DNA from: a virus
Length of the DNA stretch: 64,000 nucleotides
IMG/VR virus record: IMGVR_UViG_3300032070_000613
Location: 32,001 to 96,000 of that record
Reading direction: 5' to 3' (one strand)
Shown here: positions 1-8,152 of the stretch, piece after piece
Layout: every line of letters begins with the position of its first letter
How positions within the stretch are numbered: the first letter of the stretch is position 1
Program-made: the position numbers and the translations under genes
Notes under the pieces: generated by a model
Told to the model about the DNA's origin: nothing
Databases searched by the model: none
Seen by the model: the letters and a program-made list of their open reading frames with translations, nothing else

Positions 1-540
1 GATGTGTTTCAATATAGCATCAAGAAGTCCAACCAGTTCACCTGCATAGGATGGATCAATCAGCCTCAATTCCCGGACGACAATCCCATCGTATTGCTCG
101 CTGTGTCTGATGTGGCTGGGAATGTGACAGGAGTAGACTCCGCGCTCAGGTATGAGATTGTAAAAGACGGCGTCGATTATAGGCTGCAGTTTTCTGGCTC
201 TAAATCTAAAAAAATAAACAAAACAGTGGGGATCTCTTTAGGTGATACGAACTGGCATTTTTTGAGCTATGTGTGTACCGGTGATGGTACTATGTTCTAC
301 TATGTGGATGGGGTATCAGTACCGTCTGAGGATGGGCTGAGTCCTGACAGTGTACTCTACTCTATTGCCTGGTCACGTAGTGCGAGGCAGGGTGGGGGTC
401 AGGTGTGGGTGCCCTATATCTATAAAAAAGGGCAGGCAGTATCTATTTATAATTGGAGATTCGCATCAGGGATCCAGATACATCAGGGATGGCTGCAGCA
501 GCTGATGGTAGTGGATAAAGCTGTTCTAGAGGCCGCATAA
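1..540 (+). CDS. LamG/concanavalin A-like virion protein (probably 5'-truncated)
   Basis: Frame is open from base 1; LamG-type motifs FTCIGWIN, WHFLSYVC...YYVDG, IYNWRF; stop abuts the next ATG. Confidence 0.55.
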   Translation, partial: DVFQYSIKKSNQFTCIGWINQPQFPDDNPIVLLAVSDVAGNVTGVDSALRYEIVKDGVDYRLQFSGSKSKKINKTVGISLGDTNWHFLSYVCTGDGTMFYYVDGVSVPSEDGLSPDSVLYSIAWSRSARQGGGQVWVPYIYKKGQAVSIYNWRFASGIQIHQGWLQQLMVVDKAVLEAA

Positions 541-2985
541 ATGAGACAGATAGTATACGTAAATTCTTTATGGGGTGACAATGCCTTTTCAGGGGATCTT
601 CCCACCCCTGTTAAGACTTTGTCTCAGGCTATAGCTCTTGTATATGAGGGTGGTACGATAGTACTGCAGACAGGTGATGCGGGGACTTCTTACGGGTCGG
701 CTATTTTTACAAAGAATGTGACGGTTAAAGCCGCCTATGGGGCTGTTCCCTATGTAGGTACTCTCACGTTTAGTAATGCTCAGGGACTTTTTGAGGGTCT
801 GAATTTTGACGGTTTGAAATTTGGTGGTATCTCTCAGGGGATAGTCGTAGATAATCCTGATTTGGGGTCGGTGATCGTAAGAGATTGCAGGTTCACGGAT
901 GTAGAGACGGCGATCGATCTGAAAAGAGTACAGTATGTCAGTGTACATAGAAATAATTTTTTGGGTCATAAAGCGGGTATCAAAGTAGATGTCGCTCAGG
1001 AAGTTTGTCTCAGTTCGAATATTTTTAATGGAGGGTCTCGGTCTGTAGAAATAAGTACCGTACAGAGGCTGGATCTTTGGCACAATACCATATACGGGGC
1101 GTCGACTATAGTCGCGGGCACTTCTCCCAATCAGAATTTGAGAATAATTTATGTGACTCTCACCTCTTTTGATATTCTCTATAAAAGGATACAGCTGCCG
1201 GGGTTCGCGGTACAGGGGATGAGCGGTCAATATGAGGTCTCAGTAAACTCCGTCAATGGTCCGGCGTTCCAGTATAGTGTCGATTATACGGTACAGGCTT
1301 TTGGATCTATAGTGAGTTGGGATGGGCTGGCGCTCCAGCAGCAGCTGTCCGCGGGGGATATGATACGGATCATGTATTCTGAGGACCAGGATCCGGGTGG
1401 TGGGGACGCTATACGTGTCATGAATGTGGGGGATGAAAATAGCCGTATAGATTCTAACAGTATCACGGGTAGGATATCGGATATAGATATAGGAGTGTTC
1501 TTTAATACTCCCTTAAAAATAGGCTATAATAATTTTTACAAAAATGTGAAATGGTGGGACGGGGCCACGCCTACGGGGGCTACCGGGCTGAATAATATAA
1601 ATGGAGACCCATTATATCGAGATCCGGTGGGTAGTGATTTTCATCTACAGTATTTAGGGATATCGGGGACCTCTCCTAACATCGATGCGGCTGATCCTGG
1701 CAGATGGATAGACATTTATTCTGAAATGGGTGTTACGAGTATAGGGGGTCATTATACGGCTCCTGTAGCTGGTATCCGCAGTAATGTAGCTCCTTTTGAT
1801 AGGGACATCGATTATGATTTTTATAATCGAGGTGTCACGGGTATAGTAGGCACTACAGGCGATATAGGGGCTCTGGAGTTCAATCAGCATGAGACTGCCC
1901 TAGGTAACTATGTGGCGGAGAGAGGATACGATATAGCGCAGCCTGGCACGGCTACAGGTCCATACGCCACACTCGATCGTGGGTATGCTCGGGCGGGAGA
2001 CTCGGATCTTTTTGTTTCCACCAATTTTGTACCGTATCAGATAGGGGTCACGGGTATATATGCGGTCCCTATCGCGGGTCCGTCCTACGGTCGATATCAC
2101 AGTAAAAATATTGTTTTGAGTGGTAGTGATCTCAGAGTAGGTCATACTACCGGTAATGATATCACCTATGTGTATTCTTCTTATCCGGCTTATGAGACAG
2201 GGCTCGTATATGTAGGACCGGATTCTGGAGCAGGAGTCACGGGGACTTTTGGTAATCCCTATCGGACTATTACGGAGGCGCTGACTGCAGGGAGTTCATA
2301 TGTTTTAGTGAGACCGGGATTTTATCCGTCTTTCCAGGGGCAGACGGGAGTGAGTTTGGCGGGTGTAGAGGAGCTCAGTACTATTTCTTTAGGGTCTCAG
2401 CTCTACAGTAGTTTTGTTACCGGGTCCTGGACGGGTGTAGGGACCTATACGACGAGTAGTTCTACGCTCACTTTATCGGATGCCGTTGATATGCGGAGTG
2501 AGTTCAGTTTTGATCGTGGTATTGATCTCAAGTGTACTACCAGCTCTACTAGTGATACTTTATGTGTAGGTATTACCAATGATACGGACAGTGTATATGC
2601 GGTCCTTGATAGAGTCACTAAAAACAGTGTCATAGGCTATGGAGTGACCGGCCCTATTCATTATGATGTCTACAAAGCATATACGGGGCCTGCTGCATTT
2701 TCTGATGTGAGGGTGCATATCACTTTAGAGGGGGCTGATTTCAGGGTGACGCTCCGTAATCCTTATATAAACAGGACCTATAGCGGCACACTGGATTCAT
2801 ACTATACTGATCCATGGCGATTATTTTGTAGGACGCAGGGTGTGGGTGTCACTGGTATAGTGAGTGATATTTATTTGATGTCGGATCTTTTTCATGGTAT
2901 CACCGGTGTTTTAGACGCACAGATCAGTAGGAAAGTTTTTGGAGTGTTAGGGGTCACAGGTTTGAACAATACTAGGACTATATAA
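541..2985 (+). CDS. Right-handed beta-helix (pectin-lyase-like) fibre/spike protein
   Basis: N-terminal YVN..GD...P.KTLSQAI motif, recurring as YATLDRG and PYRTITEAL; beta-helix rungs; SPNIDA...DIGALE; many GxTG motifs. Confidence 0.65.
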   Translation: MRQIVYVNSLWGDNAFSGDLPTPVKTLSQAIALVYEGGTIVLQTGDAGTSYGSAIFTKNVTVKAAYGAVPYVGTLTFSNAQGLFEGLNFDGLKFGGISQGIVVDNPDLGSVIVRDCRFTDVETAIDLKRVQYVSVHRNNFLGHKAGIKVDVAQEVCLSSNIFNGGSRSVEISTVQRLDLWHNTIYGASTIVAGTSPNQNLRIIYVTLTSFDILYKRIQLPGFAVQGMSGQYEVSVNSVNGPAFQYSVDYTVQAFGSIVSWDGLALQQQLSAGDMIRIMYSEDQDPGGGDAIRVMNVGDENSRIDSNSITGRISDIDIGVFFNTPLKIGYNNFYKNVKWWDGATPTGATGLNNINGDPLYRDPVGSDFHLQYLGISGTSPNIDAADPGRWIDIYSEMGVTSIGGHYTAPVAGIRSNVAPFDRDIDYDFYNRGVTGIVGTTGDIGALEFNQHETALGNYVAERGYDIAQPGTATGPYATLDRGYARAGDSDLFVSTNFVPYQIGVTGIYAVPIAGPSYGRYHSKNIVLSGSDLRVGHTTGNDITYVYSSYPAYETGLVYVGPDSGAGVTGTFGNPYRTITEALTAGSSYVLVRPGFYPSFQGQTGVSLAGVEELSTISLGSQLYSSFVTGSWTGVGTYTTSSSTLTLSDAVDMRSEFSFDRGIDLKCTTSSTSDTLCVGITNDTDSVYAVLDRVTKNSVIGYGVTGPIHYDVYKAYTGPAAFSDVRVHITLEGADFRVTLRNPYINRTYSGTLDSYYTDPWRLFCRTQGVGVTGIVSDIYLMSDLFHGITGVLDAQISRKVFGVLGVTGLNNTRTI

Positions 2986-4361
2986 TGGCACGGCCACATA
3001 ATTTTCTCGACAACTATGGGCGACCTGACTTCAAACTACCCTATCGGTGGAATGATGACACGCCTCTGAAGATGCCGCTAGGGCCTAAGAGTGTCCAGGC
3101 TACCAGTCCGTATCTCATAGGGGTGATAGATATCCGCTGGGACAATCCGACTATTTATGCCGAGCATAATGGGCTGCAGGTGCTGGGGGTGAATATCTAT
3201 CGGGCATATGATAGTCCTGAGTCTACGTATACTCAAATCAATCCCAGTCCGATAGGTGCCCTTTATTATAGGGATCAGACACGGGAGGTTTTGGCGTCCG
3301 CGGAGGATCCTGTATCTGGTGGGAGTTTCATAGCGGGCACGAATGCCACGGGAGACTGGATTATCCATACCTATCACAAACCGATTATTATACCTGGTAC
3401 GAATGGAAAGATAGCGGAGCACCCGAAGCATGTGGTAGTGCAGATAAAGCCCACTGCGGTGGATTCGTTTCAGACGGTGCCCGCGTGGAGGGTGGTGGGT
3501 GAAACTGGTGAAGTATTTTTAATAAATCGAAAAGTCTACAATAACATCACCAATAGATTAGATGATCCGATACTCCCTATATTATCTCAGGGTGGGGAGA
3601 TCAGGATATCGTATACGTATATTGATGGGTGGATACAGACTGACATCAACAGAAAAATTTATTATAAAGTCACGACGGTGGCTCTTGATCCGGAGTCGTC
3701 GACTCTTATAGAGACTCCTCTCAATGAGGTGGAGGCTGTCAGTTTATATGACATGGAGCGTATAGATTATATCTGGGCGGAGGCTATACGCCGGAACCGG
3801 TGGATACTCGAGCAGGCCGGGGAGCGGGTGAAAGTTTTCATTCGTAAATGGGCTGGAGAGAAATGTCCGTGTTTTGATGAGCAGTATGGGCAGGGGAAGA
3901 ATGATTGTACCTTATGTTTTGGTACCGGAATAACATCCGGTTTCGAAGGACCCTATCCAATTATTATCGCCCCTCCAGAGGCTGAAAAAACGGTACAGTT
4001 ATTAGACATGGGTTTACATGTGAACTACGACTGGAATTCGTGGACCTCGGCGTATCCTCTCCTCAACGACCGTGATTTTATCGTACGTCAGAATAACGAT
4101 AGATTTTCTATAGCTCATGTGAATTCGCAGGGGGCCCGCGGTGCTATTTTTCAGCAGCATTTTATGTTGGCACCTTTGGATCAGCAGGATATACGTTATA
4201 AGGTGCCTATTAATGGCGGCCTTACAGTGCCCGCGGCGTGGAATGCGTACAGGACCGGTAAACCCACGGACGCCAGCCCGACTATACCTGATAAACCTGA
4301 GATACCGGAGCAGTATCAATTGAAAGGAAGAACTGTCAGTTTCGAGTCGATAGTATATTGA
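2985..4361 (+). CDS. Putative neck / head-tail connector protein with Zn motif
   Basis: GERVKVFIRK..G.KCPC...C..CFGTG; Fn3-like N-terminus (IRWDNP..GVNIYRA); lies upstream of tail genes; TAATG overlap with the previous gene. Confidence 0.55.
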   Translation: MARPHNFLDNYGRPDFKLPYRWNDDTPLKMPLGPKSVQATSPYLIGVIDIRWDNPTIYAEHNGLQVLGVNIYRAYDSPESTYTQINPSPIGALYYRDQTREVLASAEDPVSGGSFIAGTNATGDWIIHTYHKPIIIPGTNGKIAEHPKHVVVQIKPTAVDSFQTVPAWRVVGETGEVFLINRKVYNNITNRLDDPILPILSQGGEIRISYTYIDGWIQTDINRKIYYKVTTVALDPESSTLIETPLNEVEAVSLYDMERIDYIWAEAIRRNRWILEQAGERVKVFIRKWAGEKCPCFDEQYGQGKNDCTLCFGTGITSGFEGPYPIIIAPPEAEKTVQLLDMGLHVNYDWNSWTSAYPLLNDRDFIVRQNNDRFSIAHVNSQGARGAIFQQHFMLAPLDQQDIRYKVPINGGLTVPAAWNAYRTGKPTDASPTIPDKPEIPEQYQLKGRTVSFESIVY

Positions 4362-4377
4362 CAAAAGGAGAATAACA

Positions 4378-4755
4378 ATGCTGGAATATAAACTCGCGGA
4401 TGGATCAATATTTATGCTGGATAATTTAATCAGTCTGATTATTACCATAGGTGCTGTGTATTATATCTGTTATAGAGAGGCTAATCAAAAGGACAAGGCG
4501 GCGCATGCAGCGCTGTCGGCTCTGATAGTCCTCAGTACGCTGATACTGTTGCATTTGGCTGATTTGAAAGCCTATTGGTGGATCGCTCCGGTGATAGGAA
4601 CTGTTTTAGGTTTTGGTAAAGAACTGTGGGACAAGATAAATCCTAAAAAGAAGCTATTTGATTGGAGAGACATAGGAGCAGACATGGTAGGCGTGATATG
4701 GATTACCACGGTGTATTTTTTATCATTCTACATACATAGCAATCGTATGCACTAA
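4378..4755 (+). CDS. Small membrane protein, YfiM/DUF2279/VanZ-like
   Basis: AGGAG RBS; about 4 hydrophobic helices; DK..H, KELWD and DWRDIGADMVG signature. Confidence 0.55.
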   Translation: MLEYKLADGSIFMLDNLISLIITIGAVYYICYREANQKDKAAHAALSALIVLSTLILLHLADLKAYWWIAPVIGTVLGFGKELWDKINPKKKLFDWRDIGADMVGVIWITTVYFLSFYIHSNRMH

Positions 4756-4767
4756 GATACTTAAATC

Positions 4768-4798
4768 ATAGAAAAATATCCTTTCGGAATTTTTCTAT
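4768..4798. terminator. Bidirectional hairpin between convergent genes
   Basis: ATAGAAAAAT-A-TCC [TTTC] GGA-ATTTTTCTAT inverted repeat. Confidence 0.6.
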
Positions 4799-4844
4799 AA
4801 ATCAAGCTAAAACTCTGGTTTTTAATGCCAGAGGACTCTATATC

Positions 4845-5033
4845 TCAATTTAGAGTTTTTACTATGCCACACAAAGAGTCTGAGTCATTTAAAAATTTTA
4901 GAAGCCTCAAACCCATTGCTTCCAATGCATGGATAAGAGCATTTTTAATTTCCTTAAGCTCTAACAGTGTAGCATTTCTTTTCTTTTTAGGATTAAATCT
5001 TACGCTCAGACCTAGTGACTCTGAGCAGCCCAT
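4845..5033 (-). CDS. Small hypothetical protein (62 aa), the only plausible minus-strand gene
   Basis: MGCSESLG...VKTLN from ATG at 5033; fills an otherwise empty gap and converges on the 4768-4798 hairpin. Confidence 0.4.
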   Translation of the reverse strand: MGCSESLGLSVRFNPKKKRNATLLELKEIKNALIHALEAMGLRLLKFLNDSDSLCGIVKTLN

Positions 5034-5157
5034 AAATTTAATGTCAAAGAACAGAAGGAACTTTTTAAATATAGTATAGGGAGCAGAAAAAATCAAATGA
5101 TTTAATTTTATTGAATAATCAATAGAATTTTTTATTTTAGATTGGTCGGAGAAACAT

Positions 5158-5173
5158 AATAAACTCTTAATAT
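5158..5173 (+). promoter_or_regulatory. Recurrent phage promoter-like motif
   Basis: AATAAACTCTTAATAT; the core CTCTTAATAT recurs at 9593, 10141 and 41995, each intergenic. Confidence 0.65.
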
Positions 5174-5222
5174 ATTTTTGAATAAATACAAGATACATCT
5201 TTACTCGAAAAGGAGTCCCCGT

Positions 5223-6113
5223 ATGCCTTTTAATCTCAAAGAAGCTGCAGAAAATTTATTGAATGTGGCGAATGCTCTGGAGAAAGAGGCATTCGATAGG
5301 ACATTTTTTGTTTGCCAAAGCTGCAATCACACTGCATCTCTCACCTCGATCAATGCCAAAAGGAATAAAGTCGCAAAAGAGATGGGTGTGAAGAATGTGA
5401 ATACCGTGACCGTGAATGAGAAAGTATCCTGCCCGGCATGTGATGGTGTCCTGGAATATGTCCCCACAGATGAGAGCAGTAAATACTATGTGGAGGCTGC
5501 TGAGGGTGCTCCTCTTGAGATAGCGCCTCCATCTGATGTATCGCCGGATATGCCTAAAGATGAGCTACTCCCGCCTCCTGAGAAGAAGAAACCTCCGAAA
5601 GAGGAGGCTCCAGAGGATACCGGTAGTATTTTTGCACCTGTCGATGAGAGAGAAAAGGATGAGGAGCTCAATTTAGATTTTCCTGAAGGGGAAGGTAAAT
5701 CTGAAGATGAGCCCCCTGAGATGCCGCCTGAGGGTGATAAACCTCCTGAGATGCCGCCTGAGGGTGAGAAGTCCCCTGAGATGTCTCCTGAAGGGGATAA
5801 ACCTCCTGAGATGTCGCCTGAGGGCGAGAAGTCCCCTGAGATGCCTCCTGAAGGGGAGAAGCCTCCTGAGATGCCTCCTGAAGGGGATAAACCTCCTGAG
5901 ATGTCACCTGAGGGTGAGAAGCCTCCTGAGGAAGCTGAAATGCCTCCTGTGGTTGAGGAAGAAGTACCGCTTCTAGAGCCTGAGAAGAAGCCGAAAAAGA
6001 AGAAGGAAAAAGTAGAGTTCCCTAAAGAGGACGTGCCGAAATTTGAGAAAATGCCAAAAGATGCTAGTGATGATGCAGCCTATCAGGCATCCCTTAAAAA
6101 GTACATGTTCTGA
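5223..6113 (+). CDS. Zn-finger protein with Pro/Glu-rich repeats; possible internal head or scaffold-like protein
   Basis: AAAGGAG RBS favours ATG 5223 over the ORF-track start at 5178; CQSC...CPAC; 10-aa repeats. Confidence 0.6.
   Translation: MPFNLKEAAENLLNVANALEKEAFDRTFFVCQSCNHTASLTSINAKRNKVAKEMGVKNVNTVTVNEKVSCPACDGVLEYVPTDESSKYYVEAAEGAPLEIAPPSDVSPDMPKDELLPPPEKKKPPKEEAPEDTGSIFAPVDEREKDEELNLDFPEGEGKSEDEPPEMPPEGDKPPEMPPEGEKSPEMSPEGDKPPEMSPEGEKSPEMPPEGEKPPEMPPEGDKPPEMSPEGEKPPEEAEMPPVVEEEVPLLEPEKKPKKKKEKVEFPKEDVPKFEKMPKDASDDAAYQASLKKYMF
5712..5930 (+). repeat. 30-bp coding tandem repeat, 7 full units plus a partial unit
   Basis: Unit (C/T)CNCCTGAGATG(C/T)CNCCTGARGGNGA(T/G)AAR encodes (P/S)PEM(P/S)PEG(D/E)K. 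Confidence 0.95.
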
Positions 6114-6148
6114 ATGTTTCGATATGCATATTCAAATAAGATCGAAAT

Positions 6149-6838
6149 ATGATTTTAGTGATAGGAAACACTCCTCAAAAGGTAGAACTTAAAGATCTTG
6201 GCGATTATATATACTATAAACAACAAAAAATTTTTACAGATTCGCAGTATAATCGATCGCAGGATCTTCAGAGAGAAATCCAAAAAGGGTCTTTAACGAT
6301 ACTCAAAAGAGCCGACGATAAGAGCGGCTCTTTTGATATACCCTCTGTAGGCTATTCCTCGGTATCTGCGGACAAATCTCCTGTGACGGATTTTTCTAAG
6401 TTGGATACTCTTCTGGAGCGTATTAATAGTCTGGAAGAGTCGATCAATGCCAAATCGACCCTTTCTCCTGAGGCTCATAATGATGTCATCAAATCTCTGA
6501 TTGAGAAGGTGACTCGTTTGGAGAGTGAGCTCATCGCCGGTAATAATGGTCAGAGTTTGTCTATATTGCATGATGCTATTAAAAAATTGGAGGATAAAGT
6601 AGGTCGCGGGGCTGATGAGACTATACTCAAGAGACTGGAGGATATCTTAAATAGGGCTCCTGCTGCGGCATCGTCTGTTGAGCGTAAAGAGGAGACGAGA
6701 CCTGAGGATGTGTATGTGCCCACGGTCACTGTGGAGGATGCCAATACGCATATTAAATTGGATATACGGACTATTGGTGGTGGGGATGATGTGAATGACT
6801 CTTTGAAAAAACTGAAAGAATTAAAATCTAAATCTTAA
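6149..6838 (+). CDS. Coiled-coil protein, putative partner of the actin-like ATPase
   Basis: Several heptad segments (LLERINSLEE, LIEKVTRLES, ILKRLEDIL); C-terminal amphipathic DVNDSLKKLKEL; 15 bp upstream of the actin gene. Confidence 0.6.
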   Translation: MILVIGNTPQKVELKDLGDYIYYKQQKIFTDSQYNRSQDLQREIQKGSLTILKRADDKSGSFDIPSVGYSSVSADKSPVTDFSKLDTLLERINSLEESINAKSTLSPEAHNDVIKSLIEKVTRLESELIAGNNGQSLSILHDAIKKLEDKVGRGADETILKRLEDILNRAPAAASSVERKEETRPEDVYVPTVTVEDANTHIKLDIRTIGGGDDVNDSLKKLKELKSKS

Positions 6839-6853
6839 ATACAGGAGGTTTAC

Positions 6854-7858
6854 ATGTGCGCAGTCGGACTTGACATCGGGACATGTTTTTTAGTTTCTGC
6901 TACTCAGGATGAGAGTGGTCAGACACAAATTAAATCGATTAGGGACGCATTTATTGACATTGAGGCAGATGCCTCCACCATTAATATGCTGAAGATGTCC
7001 AACGTGTCTTATGTACATGACGGTAATAATATAGTAGTGGTAGGAGAATCGGCGCTGAATCTAGCGAACTTGCTAAAAAGGGAATCACGCAGGCCAATGA
7101 GCCAGGGGGTAATATCTCCGGGAGAGCGCGATGCTGAGCGTATGTTGGCTATTTTACTTAAGAATATTCTTCCGGGCCCTAAAGTGGAGAATGAGAATGT
7201 ATTTTTTTCGGTACCTGCTAAATCTGTAGATCGTGAGATGGATGTCATATACCATACAGCTATAATAAAAAAAATTATTGAAAATTTTAATTATAAAGTC
7301 ACACCTCTTAACGAAGCGGCTGCATTGGTATATTCTAATTGTAGTTCTGAAGGATTTACAGCTATGGCCAGTAGTTTTGGAGCTGGATCTGTAAATACTG
7401 CCATAGTATATAAAACCATGGTAGGTATGGCTTTTTCATTGGCGAGATCTGGGGATCATATTGATGCCTCCGCGGCTCGTGCTGTAGGGTCTACAGCTAC
7501 CAGGATGATGGCTATTAAAGAGCTGGGTGTGAATCTCCTGGATCCTACTGAGGGAGATCCTAAGCAGATACGAGAGCGTGAAGCTATTATAATGTACTAT
7601 CGCAATTTGATACGGTATGTCATTGAGAATATAGCTAAAGAATTCAAGAAAGATAATAGTAAAATAGAGCTCCCGGATTCCCTGCCGTGGATATTGTCTG
7701 GGGGATCCACAAAACCTAAGAATTTTCTTGAATTTTTCAAATCTGAGTTTGAAAAAGAAAAGAGTTCATTTCCACTTAAGGTGTCCGATATTCGTATGGC
7801 TGGCGATGTTTTAAATGATGTCGCTAAGGGATTGCTCATAGCGGCTATGAATGAATAG
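6854..7858 (+). CDS. Actin-fold ATPase (MreB/FtsA/ParM superfamily)
   Basis: AGGAGG RBS; phosphate-1 GLDIGT, connect-1 NEAAA, phosphate-2 SFGAGSVN, adenosine ILSGGST, connect-2 AKGLL. Confidence 0.85.
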   Translation: MCAVGLDIGTCFLVSATQDESGQTQIKSIRDAFIDIEADASTINMLKMSNVSYVHDGNNIVVVGESALNLANLLKRESRRPMSQGVISPGERDAERMLAILLKNILPGPKVENENVFFSVPAKSVDREMDVIYHTAIIKKIIENFNYKVTPLNEAAALVYSNCSSEGFTAMASSFGAGSVNTAIVYKTMVGMAFSLARSGDHIDASAARAVGSTATRMMAIKELGVNLLDPTEGDPKQIREREAIIMYYRNLIRYVIENIAKEFKKDNSKIELPDSLPWILSGGSTKPKNFLEFFKSEFEKEKSSFPLKVSDIRMAGDVLNDVAKGLLIAAMNE

Positions 7859-7921
7859 GCATTTAATGATTGAAATTTTTGTGTGATAGAACCTATATTT
7901 TTACAGTTCTTTTTGTTGTGT

Positions 7922-7937
7922 AGTATTCTTTTAATTT
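7922..7937 (+). promoter_or_regulatory. Variant promoter motif upstream of the candidate ncRNA
   Basis: AGTATTCTTTTAATTT matches CTNTTAAT; core starts 23 nt before the first helix. Confidence 0.45.
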
Positions 7938-7950
7938 ATTTATTATAGAT

Positions 7951-8088
7951 GTACAGGTCTGGAAGCCTGTGCTCTATCCTCTCATACAGAGTAATAGATA
8001 GCTAACATAACCGAGAGTCAGAGATAGCCTTTTCTGTAGGGGTGTCTTCTCTGTAGGGGTCTTCCAGCCCCGCCTCGGTTTATTTTTT
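7951..8088 (+). ncRNA. Candidate structured ncRNA with a loop-loop (kissing) interaction
   Basis: Helices 7951-7958/7965-7972, 7974-7978/7997-8001, 8009-8015/8074-8080, 8019-8024/8048-8053, 8056-8060/8067-8071; loops CTGGAAG and CTTCCAG are complementary; followed by a T-tract. Confidence 0.55.
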
Positions 8089-8098
8089 AGGAGTGTAG

Positions 8099-8114
8099 GA
8101 TAACCTATTAATTT
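8099..8114 (+). promoter_or_regulatory. Variant promoter motif
   Basis: GATAACCTATTAATTT upstream of the 8153 gene. Confidence 0.5.
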
Positions 8115-8152
8115 TTTCTATATATTATAAATTTTAATTTTAAAGAAGCCCT

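Noticed and set aside
5712-5930. CRISPR array
   Set aside because: No unique spacers; it is an in-frame coding tandem repeat
7949-8005. 18-codon ORF MYRSGSLCSILSYRVIDS over the RNA candidate
   Set aside because: Very short, no SD, and it does not explain the 3' helices or loop complementarity; a leaderless peptide cannot be strictly excluded
7951-8088. tRNA, tmRNA, SRP or RNase P identity for the RNA candidate
   Set aside because: No cloverleaf, T-loop or CCA, and no SRP or RNase P consensus recognised by eye
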